From Octopus sinensis (lineage: Eukaryota), in contig NW_021835987.1 in assembly GCF_006345805.1 (NCBI RefSeq), positions 62,001 to 126,000 of the forward strand: DNA of 64,000 nucleotides, written 5' to 3'. The first letter of the stretch is position 1; the number at the start of each line of letters is the position of its first letter. This document shows, piece by piece, positions 28,359-41,195 of this stretch. Position numbers and translations under genes: made by a program. The notes under the pieces were generated by a model that saw nothing but the letters and a program-made list of their open reading frames with translations, ran no database searches and was not told where the DNA came from.

Positions 28359-29998
28359 CTTGTTCGAAGGTTATATGGATACAGTTTGTGTATCAAATAG
28401 CTAACTTAAGGCGATGGCCTCATGGAGCTAATAAGCGGACAGCTTTTTTCTTATTTTTATAAGAATGCCATATTAGTATGGCGATAACTATTATTTTCCG
28501 GGAACGCTGCCGCTGTTCTCTTTTAGAGAGACTTAGTTATTTTAATATTTCTATTATTGAAAACAAGTGGATGTATTCCACCGAAACTAGGTAAATAAAA
28601 CCATCGAACAGAGATTGTCGGAAGCGACACCTACTGGCTGGCTACGCTGCATTGAAAAGGGGCAATACTCCGAAACGCGTCTGTAGCTGCCGGTCAAGTA
28701 GTGTGGAGCGACTGACCTCCCTTGTTCGAAGGTTATATGGATACAGTTTGTGTATCAAATAGCTAACTTAAGGCGATGGCCTCATGGAGCTAATAAGCGG
28801 ACAGCTTTTTTCTTATTTTTATAAGAATGCCATATTAGTATGGCGATAACTATTATTTTCCGGGAACGCTGCCGCTGTTCTCTTTTAGAGAGACTTAGTT
28901 ATTTTAATATTTCTATTATTGAAAACAAGTGGATGTATTCCACCGAAACTAGGTAAATAAAACCATCGAACAGAGATTGTCGGAAGCGACACCTACTGGC
29001 TGGCTACGCTGCATTGAAAAGGGGCAATACTCCGAAACGCGTCTGTAGCTGCCGGTCAAGTAGTGTGGAGCGACTGACCTCCCTTGTTCGAAGGTAATAT
29101 GGATACAGTTTGTGTATCAAATAGCTAACTTAAGGCGATGGCCTCATGGAGCTAATAAGCGGACAGCTTTTTTCTTATTTTTATAAGAATGCCATATTAG
29201 TATGGCGATAACTATTATTTTCCGGGAACGCTGCCGCTGTTCTCTTTTAGAGAGACTTAGTTATTTTAATATTTCTATTATTGAAAACAAGTGGATGTAT
29301 TCCACCGAAACTAGGTAAATAAAACCATCGAACAGAGATTGTCGGAAGCGACACCTACTGGCTGGCTACGCTGCATTGAAAAGGGGCAATACTCCGAAAC
29401 GCGTCTGTAGCTGCCGGTCAAGTAGTGTGGAGCGACTGACCTCCCTTGTTCGAAGGTTATATGGATATAGTTTGTGTATCAAATAGCTAACTTAAGGCGA
29501 TGGCCTCATGGAGCTAATAAGCGGACAGCTTTTTTCTTATTTTTATAAGAATGCCATATTAGTATGGCGATAACTATTATTTTCCGGGAACGCTGCCGCT
29601 GTTCTCTTTTAGAGAGACTTAGTTATTTTAATATTTCTATTATTGAAAACAAGTGGATGTATTCCACCGAAACTAGGTAAATAAAACCATCGAACAGAGA
29701 TTGTCGGAAGCGACACCTACTGGCTGGCTACGCTGCATTGAAAAGGGGCAATACTCCGAAACGCGTCTGTAGCTGCCGGTCAAGTAGTGTGGAGCGACTG
29801 ACCTCCCTTGTTCGAAGGTTATATGGATACAGTTTGTGTATCAAATAGCTAACTTAAGGCGATGGCCTCATGGAGCTAATAAGCGGACAGCTTTTTCTTA
29901 TTTTTATAAGAATGCCATATTAGTATGGCGATAACTATTATTTTCCGGGAACGCTGCCGCTGTTCTCTTTTAGAGAGACTTAGTTATTTTAATATTTC

Positions 29999-30003
<5 letters not shown>
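28359..30003 (+). repeat. 362-bp tandem repeat x~4.5, each complete unit with a hammerhead fold
   Basis: Units start 28359, 28721, 29083, 29445, 29807; near-identical. Confidence 0.97.
28647..28686 (+). ncRNA. Minimal type I hammerhead ribozyme candidate (also 29009, 29371, 29733)
   Basis: CTGCA-TTGAAAA-GGGG(CAATA)CTCC-GAAA-C(GC)GTC-TGTAG: stem I, U3:A8 core variant, stem II, palindromic stem III ACGCGT, GUC site. Confidence 0.75.
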
Positions 30004-30067
<64 letters not shown>

Positions 30068-30486
30068 AATTAATTGTTATCGCCATATTAATATGGCATT
30101 CTTATAGATATAAGAATAAACGCTGCCGCTGATTAGAGACTTAGTAATTTTAATATTTCTATATACATACATATATATATATATATATATACGTTAATAT
30201 ATTTGTTGTGCAAGATTTTTTATGTGAAGTCGTGTGTTGAAACAGACATTGTTATATTTGGGAATGGTAATTTTGCCAGTTTAGCCAATGAATAAGAAAG
30301 AAGAAAACAAAGGACCACTGATGCGGTCACAGGAGTGTGACGAAAGAACTCTGGCCGAAATAAGATTAAGATTAATGTAAAGATAAATAACACTGAAGCA
30401 AAGTAACACCAAATATATTGTGCATGTGTTTTTATTGGCTAAACTGGCAAAATGACCATTCCGAAATATAACAATATATATATATC

Positions 30487-30614
<128 letters not shown>

Positions 30615-30789
30615 CAACAGAAGAGTCCAGAGTAATCCATAGGAAGGAGAAGTACAGTCGGAGTGTAGAAAGTCCAAAAGAGAATCCGTCAAGGGTAGAA
30701 AGGTAGAAAGTCTAGTGGAGAAGTTTGTGGGTGATGAGAGGAGACAGGATCAACTGGTGTTGTATCCTCACTCCTCCGGCGAAGTGGCT

Positions 30790-30957
30790 AGCGATCTAGC
30801 CACTACACACATTTTTCTCTCTCCTTGTTTCCTTCTGTGTTCCTTTCCGTGGAAGAGCGTAGGCCCGAAACGTTAAAGACTTTTTCAATTCCCTAGCGTT
30901 ATACTAATACATCTGCTTGTTTTCTACACCAACTGCCTTCGACTTTTTGTGAATTCT

Positions 30958-30962
<5 letters not shown>
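30790..30962 (+). mobile_element. Solo fragment related to the PLE pseudo-LTR 3' end (others: ~36250-36440 on -, tip at ~9200-9290 on -)
   Basis: gaagagcgtaggcccgaaacgttaaagac...atactaatacatctg...ctatata ending in (TA)n. Confidence 0.75.
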
Positions 30963-31036
<74 letters not shown>

Positions 31037-31326
31037 AATTATGAATTAGAGATAAAACCACTATCAGGCAACTCAAACAGTAATAGATATAAACCAATAC
31101 ATAAATTACAAATAATATAAATATAATTAATATAATATTTATATATATATAAAATTTAAATTTAATTTAAATTTTTTTAAATTATTTAAAAAATTATTTT
31201 TTTATTACTTTTGATTTGCCTAATAGTGGTTTTATCTCACATGCATATTTTATATATTTATACTGTGAAATTTGATTTAATCCTAAATCTAATTATTTTT
31301 CCCTGTAAGTTTGGAGCCATACTCCC

Positions 31327-31403
<77 letters not shown>

Positions 31404-31624
31404 AAGATAAGACAAGGTAGAAAATGTTAAAATAATTTTATCACGAAAAACATTTTGGTACTGGTTTCAGTCTATGCAAATTTTTCAACTTGGAGTAAAG
31501 CATGGAAAACAATAAATTGTGGAAAAATTAATTGAAATGTTTTTTTTTAGAATATTTCCATAGTTTTCAAATGCAAGGGACATTTTCCATCTTCCAGTCT
31601 GTCTCTGTCTCCCTTTTTCACTCT

Positions 31625-31678
<54 letters not shown>

Positions 31679-31942
31679 TTAAAGATAAAACCACTATTAT
31701 GCAACTCAAACAGTGATAGACATAAACCAATACATAAATAACAAATAATATAACTATAATTATAGTTATATTATTTTATTATTAATTATATTATTTGTTT
31801 TTTATGTATTGGTTTATGTCTATCACCGTTTGAGTTGCCTAATAGTGGTTTTATCTCTAATTCATATTTTATATATTTATACTATGAAATTTGATTTAAT
31901 CTTAAATCTAATTTTTCCCTGTGGGTTTGGAGCTATATTCCC

Positions 31943-32003
<61 letters not shown>

Positions 32004-32044
32004 ATGTGCGTATGAATGCGCATAAAGATCGTTTATGCACCTAC

Positions 32045-32223
32045 CTCATCGATTGGAAGATGGGTCCAGAAATCAAGAATAGGATGTCTGAAGAAGTTGG
32101 GACAGAAGGTACCATTGCATTCGTACACATTCCAGGTTGAAGGACTTTCTATATTCATAAATGAATTATAGACTTTCGAACCAGCTCCCATTGATATGGC
32201 ATATGTTTTAATCCACTGGCTGT
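32045..32223 (-). CDS. Copy B coding exon 2
   Basis: SQWIKTYAISMGAGSKVYNSF...ECNGTFCPNFFRHPILDFWTHLPIDE; ttcag acceptor, GTAGGT donor; 179 nt as in A. Confidence 0.88.
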
Positions 32224-32227
32224 CTGA

Positions 32228-32297
<70 letters not shown>

Positions 32298-35010
32298 TTT
32301 TTACAGGAAGATAGGAAAAACAAAAGTTACTGTAAAGTCTGTACCCTCAAAAGAAGAAGTGCACGGATTTTGGAATAAAATTTGGGCAGAAGAAAAAACA
32401 CACAGCGAAAAGGCCCCCTGGATTGATAGAATATCTAAAGAACTGGTCTCCTTAGAAGAGCAAAAGTGGGAGGGTGTCAAGGTAGAAGATATAAGATCTG
32501 CTCTCAGGAGGTCAAGCAAATGGAAGTCTCCAGGAAAGGATAAAATCCCTAACTTTTGGTTGAATGCCTTCCCAGAGAGCCATGAACTGCTAACAGAACT
32601 TTACAATGATGTTTTGCAACACCCTAGTAGGATGCCTCCTTGGCTAGTTAATGGGCTAACATTCCTGCTTCCAAAAAGTGAAGAAACAAATGAACCAAAA
32701 AACTATAGACCCATAACCTGCTTAACAACTATGTATAAAACACTAACATCTGTCCTGACGGAATATACCTATAGTTTTTTGACAGACAGCAGCATATTCC
32801 CTAATGAACAGAAAGGATGTAAACGTGGATCCTACGGTTGTAAAGATCAACTACTCATCAATAAGATGATCTTAGAAGATTGTCACAAACGACACAAAAA
32901 CTTATCAATAGCCTGGATAGACTATAAAAAGGCTTTTGATAGCCTACCACATAGCTGGATAAAGAAATGGCTAGAAATGTATAAGATAGCACCTGCTCTG
33001 CGAAACTTTTTGTCTGTAAGTATGAGATCATGGAGAACCACACTAACTTTGAACAGTGACAATGAATCTCTAAATGCTGGTGATGTAAAAATTTCATGTG
33101 GCATTTTCGAGGGTGACTTACTATCACCTCCCCCCCTCTGTTTAGCCTTAATACCTCTCTCAAAACTACTCAATGACGCGCAGTACGGGTATAAAATGTT
33201 TGATAAAAATATAAATCATCTCATTTACATGGATGATATAAAGCTCTTTGCAAAAAATGACCAACAACTCAAGGGCTTACTAGCGATTGTCAAACAATTC
33301 AGTGATGACATCAGAATGCAATTTGGCCTCGATAGGTGTGCAAAAGCTACCTTTATCAAAGGAAAAATGACAGAAACATCTAACGTTAACCTTGACCAGC
33401 AGAATGTGATAAAAGAATTAGACCCAGCAGAGAACTACAAGTATCTAGGGGTAATTGAAGGAGAAGGAATAAGGCATTCAGAGATGAAGGAAAGGATCAG
33501 GAGAGAATGTTATCGCAGAGTAAGAGCAATACTCAAGACAGAGCTGAATGCGAGAAACAGGATCGAAGCGATCAATGCATTAGCCATACCAGTTGTGACT
33601 TACAGTTTCAATATCGTTAACTGGTCAATTACTGAAATTTGTAATCTTGACAGAAAAATTCGAAAACTGTTGACAATGCATAGAATGCACCACCCTAAGG
33701 CAGATACAGAACGACTTTATCTGCCAAGAAAAGAGGGAGGCCGTGGACTTTTACAACTGGCAATAACAATGAAGATTGCTACAATTGGCCTAGACACCTA
33801 CCTGAAAAACTCTGAGGACTGGATGTTAAAACTTGTCTCAAAACATGAAAACAAGAAAGCATCATACTCAGTAACAAAACAGGCAAAGGAATATCTAAGT
33901 GAATTCCGAATACAACAAATTTCGGAATTAGAGATAGACATACAAGAAACAGGCACAGAAAAAGCTAAGCGCATGAAAACCCGTGCTAAATCTGCGGCCT
34001 TAGATATTCTGAATGATAAATGGCAAGAAAAACCTCTCTATGGCAAATACCCAAAGAGAGCAAATAATGCAGATATTGACAAAGCCCTGACCCATCAATG
34101 GCTAATGGCCTCTGGCTTAAAATCTGAAACAGAGGGGTTTATCATAGCAGCTCAAGATCAATGCCTACCAACAAGAAACTACCAGGCCAACATATTAAAG
34201 ATCAGAAGCAGTCCAACGTGTCGTGTATGCCAGCAACAAAATGAAACCATTGACCATGGGGTCTCCAAGTGCAGTCTTCTAGCGCCTACAGAGTATCTCA
34301 ACAGACACGATAGAGCTGCACAATATATTCACTGGGTAATCTGCAAAAACCTGGATTTGCCCCATGAAAAAAACTGGTGGGAACACAAACCACCCCCAGT
34401 GCTTGAAAATGACCACATCTCACTCCTCTGGAACTTCACCATTCAAACTGACAGAAAGATAGATGCAAATAGGCCAGACATCATATTGAAAGACTTCAAT
34501 CAAAGAACATGCCTCCTCATTGATATGACTGTCCCAATCGATATAAACGTATCTGTCAAGACCTACCAAAAACTGAGCAAATATAAAGATCTTGAAATAG
34601 AAATCAGCAAAATGTGGAAGCTGAAGACTAAAACAATACCTGTTGTCATAGGTGCCCTGGGAATGATAGCAAAAGGGGCTGATAGCTGCCTAACTCAGAT
34701 ACCAGGAAACCCAAAAATGGCAGAAATTCAAAAGATAGTGCTCATGGGAACTGCTCATATCCTACGCAAAATACTTTCTATATAATCTCAAGGTTTAAAA
34801 CAAACATAATTTTCGGTTTAAAGGAAAAAAAAAAAAATTTTTTTTGTTTTTTAGACATTCATTAGTACAACACCAAAAACTCCCCCCCCCCCAAATATAT
34901 GGCACACTAGGCATAACAACAACATGAACTTCCAACCTGTTGTCTCTTGAGGTCTCTGGGTGAGACTTGGAGCCAACTTGTACAAATATAAAGCAAAACT
35001 CAAACATAGA
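32298..35010 (+). mobile_element. R4/Dong-like non-LTR retrotransposon, 5'-truncated, between (AAT)n tracts
   Basis: 808-aa ORF 32359-34785: KSPGKDKI, NYRPITCL, WIDYKKAFDS, YMDDIKL, CRVCQQQNETIDHGVSKC, RPDII (RLE endonuclease); 3' end followed by (aat)n. Confidence 0.93.
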
Positions 35011-35029
35011 ATAATAATAATAATAAGCT

Positions 35030-35950
35030 GCGTAAATACCAAATTAAAAATACAATGTCTACCTGAGCTAAAAGAACAGCTAAAGATAGCCTCGCCATAG
35101 CACAAAGAATCCACCGGTATGAGAAACGCCAACGAAACAAACCAACAATACAAAAGCTTCCACCAAGAACTTGGCAAAAAGAAAATAGAGATGAAAACAG
35201 TAGAAGAAGCGGAAGGATTTTGGAAAGAAATATGGTCGGGGAAGGAACAACCACAGAAAAGATATACCAAAACAACAAGCACAGCACCTGAACAATTCTG
35301 GGCTCCTATTACAAGTGAAGGGGTCACCAAGGCACTGCAAAACTAACCTGCTGGAAGGTACCTGGGCACGACAAGATCCCTAAATTCTGGTTAAAATATC
35401 AAACAAGAACACATAAAACGCTGGCTGAAAATTTTAATGAAATACTAGCAAAGCCAGAGACAATCCCCGAATATTTCACAGAAGGGAAAACTATCCTAAT
35501 TCCCAAATCCAATGATAGAGCAAACTGACAAAATTAAAGACCGATAACTTGTCTCCCTATAATTTACATAGCCTTTACTGCAATAATATCGCAGAGAATG
35601 GGTAAAAATCTGGAAGACAACACCCTGTTGTCAGAAGAGCAGAAGGGATGTTGCGAGGGTTCATACGGCTGTAAAGATCAGCTACTTACCAATAAATCCA
35701 TAACTGAAGACAGCAGCAGAAGAAGAAGCATCTAAGTATGGCTTGGATCAATTACCGAATGGTTTTTGATAGTATTCCTCACATAGGGATGCTAGAAACA
35801 CTAGCCATGAACAATGTAGCACAAATAATCATAAAATATATATAATATTCTATGAATAAATGACAGACGCATGATACAGCGCCACTACTAATAAATAATG
35901 AAGTTTGGTCCAGTCCCGCAGAGACGACGTTATAATGTGGGACATAAGCA
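35030..35950 (+). mobile_element. Decayed R4/Dong-like RT N-terminal fragment
   Basis: FHQELGKKKI..EEAEGFWKEIW, PGHDKIP, EEQKGC..GSYGCKDQLL with many stops. Confidence 0.8.
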
Positions 35951-36213
35951 ATTACGTCGTTATAATGTGGGACATAACAATGGCGAAGGAGTTTCGTAGC
36001 CCCCACAGCCACTGATATGTAGTAGCGGGACGTAGCAGTGGCGACGAGGATTCATAGCTCCCACTGTATAACGGTGTCGTTATAACAGTGGTCGAAACGG
36101 AAGCCCTACGTTCAGGAAAAATGAAAGAAAGTTTGAAGGATTCGAACCCTGACACAGAATTAAACTTCACAGACGGCGACGAAATATAATATACACTCAG
36201 TGATATACACACT

Positions 36214-36253
<40 letters not shown>

Positions 36254-36437
36254 GGGAGAGTTTACGAAAGAAAAACAAAAGACGAAGACAGGTGGTGTAC
36301 AAGACAAACAGATGTATTAGTATAACGCTAAGGAATTGTAAAAGTCTTTTACGTTTCGAGCCTACGTTCTTCTACAGAAAGGGATACAGAAAAAAAAACA
36401 AGGAGAGAAAAAAATGTATAGTGGCTAACGATCTGGC

Positions 36438-36491
<54 letters not shown>

Positions 36492-36859
36492 CATATATAT
36501 ATATGTATGTATATATTTATGTATATGTCACTGTGGGTACATCATTTTCACCGTGTGTGAAGTTTAATTCTATATTCGATGTCCAGTACTCGATTGTTCA
36601 AAGTTATGTTGCAAGCGGTCCGATCCGTAAGCAGCTCTCTCCCCTATTTTCTCTATCAACGCAAAGCCGTTTAAAAAAAAATAAAATAAAAAACGATGTC
36701 TAGGCAACGTCATTTCAACTCTGCCAAAAGATCGTTAGATGTCTTTCATCACAAACGCTTATCTCCCCTCAACCAGATTTTGAAGTTTCATTCAGAAAAT
36801 ATTCTAAGTCCTCTCCCTTCATTATATTTTTTACTCTGTGTGAAGTTTAATATATATAC

Positions 36860-37500
36860 AGGGTGATTGGAAAGTAACTCCCTATTTTAAAATGCTTATA
36901 ATTTATTTATTAACTATAAGTTTTTTCTCAAATTTGTAGTGTATGTTATTTAATGTATGGGAATTGATTCCATGTTGTTATTTTTCAGACTGATTATTTT
37001 GTTTGAAATTTAGAAGCCCTACAAACATGGCTGGATGCCTTACTGTGCCCAGCTAGCTGCACATTACGAAGTTTAGATATCAGTTGTTCAAATGCAAAGA
37101 TGGTGGAGGACCATTAGAGGAAGACATGCTCAAGTTGATGCAAAGATAATCAAGAATTGCCATGCAAAATTCATGACTACAGGATTTGTAGCTGGTACTT
37201 GAAGTGGTCGTCCTTCCAATTCATCAAGGTCTGCATGACTGGCTGGCCAGAAGCCCTGATTTAACACCCTGTGATTTTGGGTTTTGTTAAAGGAGGAAGT
37301 CTTCTCTACCAAACCGATGACTTTGGAAGAACCTGAAGGGTGAATACGAGACGTTATGTCTTTCATTCCACAAGACTTCCTGATGGAATCAGTTGATGTG
37401 GTTCCCAGGTGGTTTGAGAAGCTGGTGGTGAATGCTTATTCCTATATCAAATTTTAAATAAAATTCCCTGCTATACACTTTCTTTACATATTCGTTTTTT
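36860..37500 (+). mobile_element. Tc1/mariner-like internally deleted element
   Basis: Starts tacagggtga; N-terminal HTH-like SVVQMQRWWR..KFMTTG and RSPDLTPCDF..GFVKEEV motif. Confidence 0.75.
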
Positions 37501-37875
37501 CTAAAACTTGTAGTTAATAAATGAATTATTAGTATTTTAAAATACTAAATTCTTAGGTATAAAAAAGAGGTGGAACTTCTGAACGCAACAACAGTATGAA
37601 AGAGATATGGTTTAAAAAGGGAATGTCTGCTGTAACTCGACAAGGACTAAGTGAACAAGAAAGACAAATAAAATTGAAATGCTGGTTAACAGCAATAGAA
37701 ACAATAATATCAGCAACAGCAACAATATGGTTTCGAAATCTTGGTCAGCAATTTCGAGGGTAGATGAGTAAGTCGATTTCATCGACCGCTGATGTTCAAC
37801 TGGTACTTTGATCTGACCGAACAATGTGAAAATCAATGTAAAAGTCAACAGTAATAATAAAGAAGATTCACTTAC

Positions 37876-38172
37876 ATCTATAGAAGAAGACTCGTTGTTG
37901 TCATTCGTGCTGACGACTGTCATTATATCTTTCGGTGAGTAATTCTTACAAACACGGCTGACTTTGTTGTAAGTAAAGTATTCTGATTGGCTGTTTAGAG
38001 CATAGAAGGCACATTCCTGTAGACTTGATACGGTGTGGAATTGTTCTGTAGGAGATGTCCCAATATAACCATAGGAATAACCAGGTCTCAAACGTTTGTA
38101 GTAAGCAACATCAAATTCTTGATCTGAGGTAACAGCCAGGATTGTTGTAAGAGCTAACAGCAGCACTTCCAT
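37876..38172 (-). CDS. Copy B coding exon 1: signal peptide + PAN/Apple-like module
   Basis: MEVLLLALTTILAVTS...SLQECAFYALNSQSEYFTYNKVSRVCKNYSP; GTAAGT donor. Confidence 0.85.
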
Positions 38173-38439
38173 TGCCGCAGGACGGGTAAAAGGAAACAGG
38201 GACATTCTTAGCTCTATGATTGCCAGAGAGAGAAAGAAGGGAGAAAGAAAGGATAAGGTAAAATTTAATATTTAGAAAGAGAACGAGTAAGAGAGTGTAG
38301 AAAAGTGTAAGAGAGTAACAGAAAGAAACCCTTCTAGCGGGACAAAAATAAGTTTGTGTGGGATTGAAGATATCTGAAACAGAACACGAAAAAGAAATTA
38401 ATAACGATTTAAAATGAAACTTTTAAGATACATTATTGT

Positions 38440-38830
38440 TATTAACAAAGGCGCAGCTCCTGGTTATGATTTAAACTGCATCAAGTAGTGGGGCCTCTTT
38501 GGGGTTTCCCAACGTTTTGAGGAGTGTGGAAACACCTCTTAGCTACTGGTATTTCCACGTCTATTCTGACTTGGAACAGTAAAAAGTGTCAGAGTTCCAA
38601 CTATGGGTTAATTGACAAGTCAGTTTGGCAGGTGAAGGTCATTAGCCCGGTCGGTGGAGAGGGAAACACGATTAAGGGATGGAAACCCCGTTTTTTTGCA
38701 ACAATATTCAACCACGGGAAAGTTTTCGGGATCAAATCCTGCAACGACGCTGATAGCAAATGGTAACGTTCCGTTCTGTTCCTTTAGAGCAATCAAGGAC
38801 GGAGAGTGAAGAAGCATGACAGACAAAGGT
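38440..38830. repeat. Conserved upstream block 'U', copy B
   Basis: Homologous to 61735-62190 and to 75-226/5690-5950. Confidence 0.75.
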
Positions 38831-39029
38831 TAAGAGATTTGGATTACGGTTAAAAAACGTGGACTGCAAGCAAGTGGTTCGGTTTCAGTCCCACTGCATG
38901 GTACAATGGGCAAACATCTTCTAAAACAGCTGCAGACCGACCAATGCCTTGAGAGATAATTTGGTTTACGAATAGTTTGTGGAGGCCGTAAATTGTGTGT
39001 GTGCGTGAACATAAAGACAGACGAAATAC

Positions 39030-39270
39030 CTATTTCTATTTCTTTACTACCCACAAGGGGCTAAACACAGAGAGGACAAACATGGACAGATAAACGGATT
39101 AAGTAGGTTATATCGACCCCAGTGCGTAACTGGTACTTATTTAATCGACCCCGAAAGGATAACAGGCAAAGTCGACCTCGGCGGAATTTGAACTCAGAAT
39201 GTAGCAGCAGACGAAATACCGCTTAGCATTTCGCCCGGCGTGCTAACGTTTCTGCCAGTTCGCCGCCTTT
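39030..39270 (-). mobile_element. SINE family 3, single copy (follows an old family 1 fragment at ~38855-39010)
   Basis: Matches the 20727-20960 unit plus head. Confidence 0.88.
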
Positions 39271-40084
39271 CTGCCCAGGCGTTTCTATCTGAGAGAATCA
39301 TCCGATTGGATCATCCAAGAATTGCAACGTGGACTTAGGTAAGTCGCATTTACTCATCCAGTTAGAGAAGAGTGTATTTTGAAGGGCAACTCTTATACAC
39401 CCGTCAGTTTGAGTATCCTCTTTCTATATTTGGTGGTGTGTGGGTGAGAGCATAGAGTTCACAGATCTGTAATATGGACAGTCAGCTTAGCCATTACTGT
39501 TACGACAATACAAAGATTTGGCTAAGAAAGCTGGACACAGTTTACGATTAATTATGACTATTTAGACTCGACTACCGACTTAACAGGGTATTGATTCATG
39601 AATTATAAGGGTGAAATCGAAAGCGTAACGTTCTGTAAGTAAATAGCCTATTTTATGGCATATAAGATGCATATAATACCCGCGAGAATGTTTCAAGAAT
39701 TGCTTCGGGGCCGATAAACGAAGTCCTGCTTAAATTACATGCATTAACCATACATCGAGAAAGAGCTGCATGAATATGTGTGCGAATTGGGCAAAAAGAT
39801 CGAAAGTTATCGATTAAGGGTATTATTATATTAGGTTTCACTTTAGATAATTAAAAAAAAAAAAAACTGTTATAATTGCCAGTCTTTCTGCACAATAAAA
39901 TTTACAATCTCAACCAAAAGTGCTGTAAAATATTCACTTTCCTCAGCCAATCTGGTGGGAGCTGAAATTCATTCGAGATTCCTGCGTTGTTGTCAAACGA
40001 ATGTACAAATGCAGGAAAAAAAAGGTGGATTAAGTTATTCACTGTTATTTGAAGTAACACTTTCTTCTCAGCCATCTAGAATAT

Positions 40085-40330
<246 letters not shown>

Positions 40331-40477
40331 CGTCCGCCTCATCTGATGAAAAACATCTTTATCGCTGTATAATTTCAGTTTCTTTTTCATCGTTAAGCTT
40401 ACACTTATTCTGTGAGTTTCACGGAATAACCGCTTGGGCTTCAATTAATGGTGCCTGGATCCGGGTAAAATATTTGA

Positions 40478-40640
40478 AGCAGGAGTGGCTGTGTGGAAAG
40501 AAGCTTGCTTACCAACCACATGGTTCCAAGTTCAGTCCCACTGCGTGGCACCTTGGGTAAGTGTCTTTCTACTATAGCCTCGGGCCGACCAACGCCTTGT
40601 GAGTGGATTCGGTAGACGGAAACTGGAAAGAAGCCCGTCG

Positions 40641-40671
<31 letters not shown>

Positions 40672-40890
40672 GTGTGTGTGGGTGTTTGTGTGTCTGTGTT
40701 TGTCCCCACAACATCGCTTGATAACCGATGCTGGTGTGTTTACGTCCCCGTAATTTAGCGGTTCGGCCAAACATACCAGTAGAATAAGTACTAGGCTTAC
40801 AAAGAATAAGCCCTTGTCTCGATTTGCTCGACTAAAGGCGGTGCTCCAGCATGGCCACATTCAAATGACTGAAACAAGTGAAAGAGTAAA
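40478..40890 (+). mobile_element. SINE family 1
   Basis: Full-length match to 998-1403. Confidence 0.9.
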
Positions 40891-41195
40891 AGGGAGTAAA
40901 GTATTCATTTATGAGGTCCCAGATCTAAATGTTAATTCACATTTTTTTTATACTGAATATTCGCTGCTGCAAATGCGATGCAGGTAATATGCATGTGCAT
41001 CTGTTATGCCATCAAGTATGGCAGTATGAATCAGCCAATAAGGGAGAACTCTACATGGTAGCTAGACCTTTAAAAAATACACAAATACACACACTCACAC
41101 AACCTGATCTTAATCCTTACGGACTCTATTCATTACACATAGTCGTACACACGAAATACCACGAAATACCATGCGATATAAAAGATGACACTTAC

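Noticed and set aside
28359-30003. CRISPR array (also considered for the 168-bp and 18-bp repeats)
   Set aside because: Units are contiguous and near-identical with no unique spacers; eukaryotic context, no cas genes
37612-37875. Hydrophobic C-terminal extension (TM) of the 197-aa ORF
   Set aside because: Lies beyond the conserved GTAAGT donor shared with copy A; intronic read-through including SINE-like remnants
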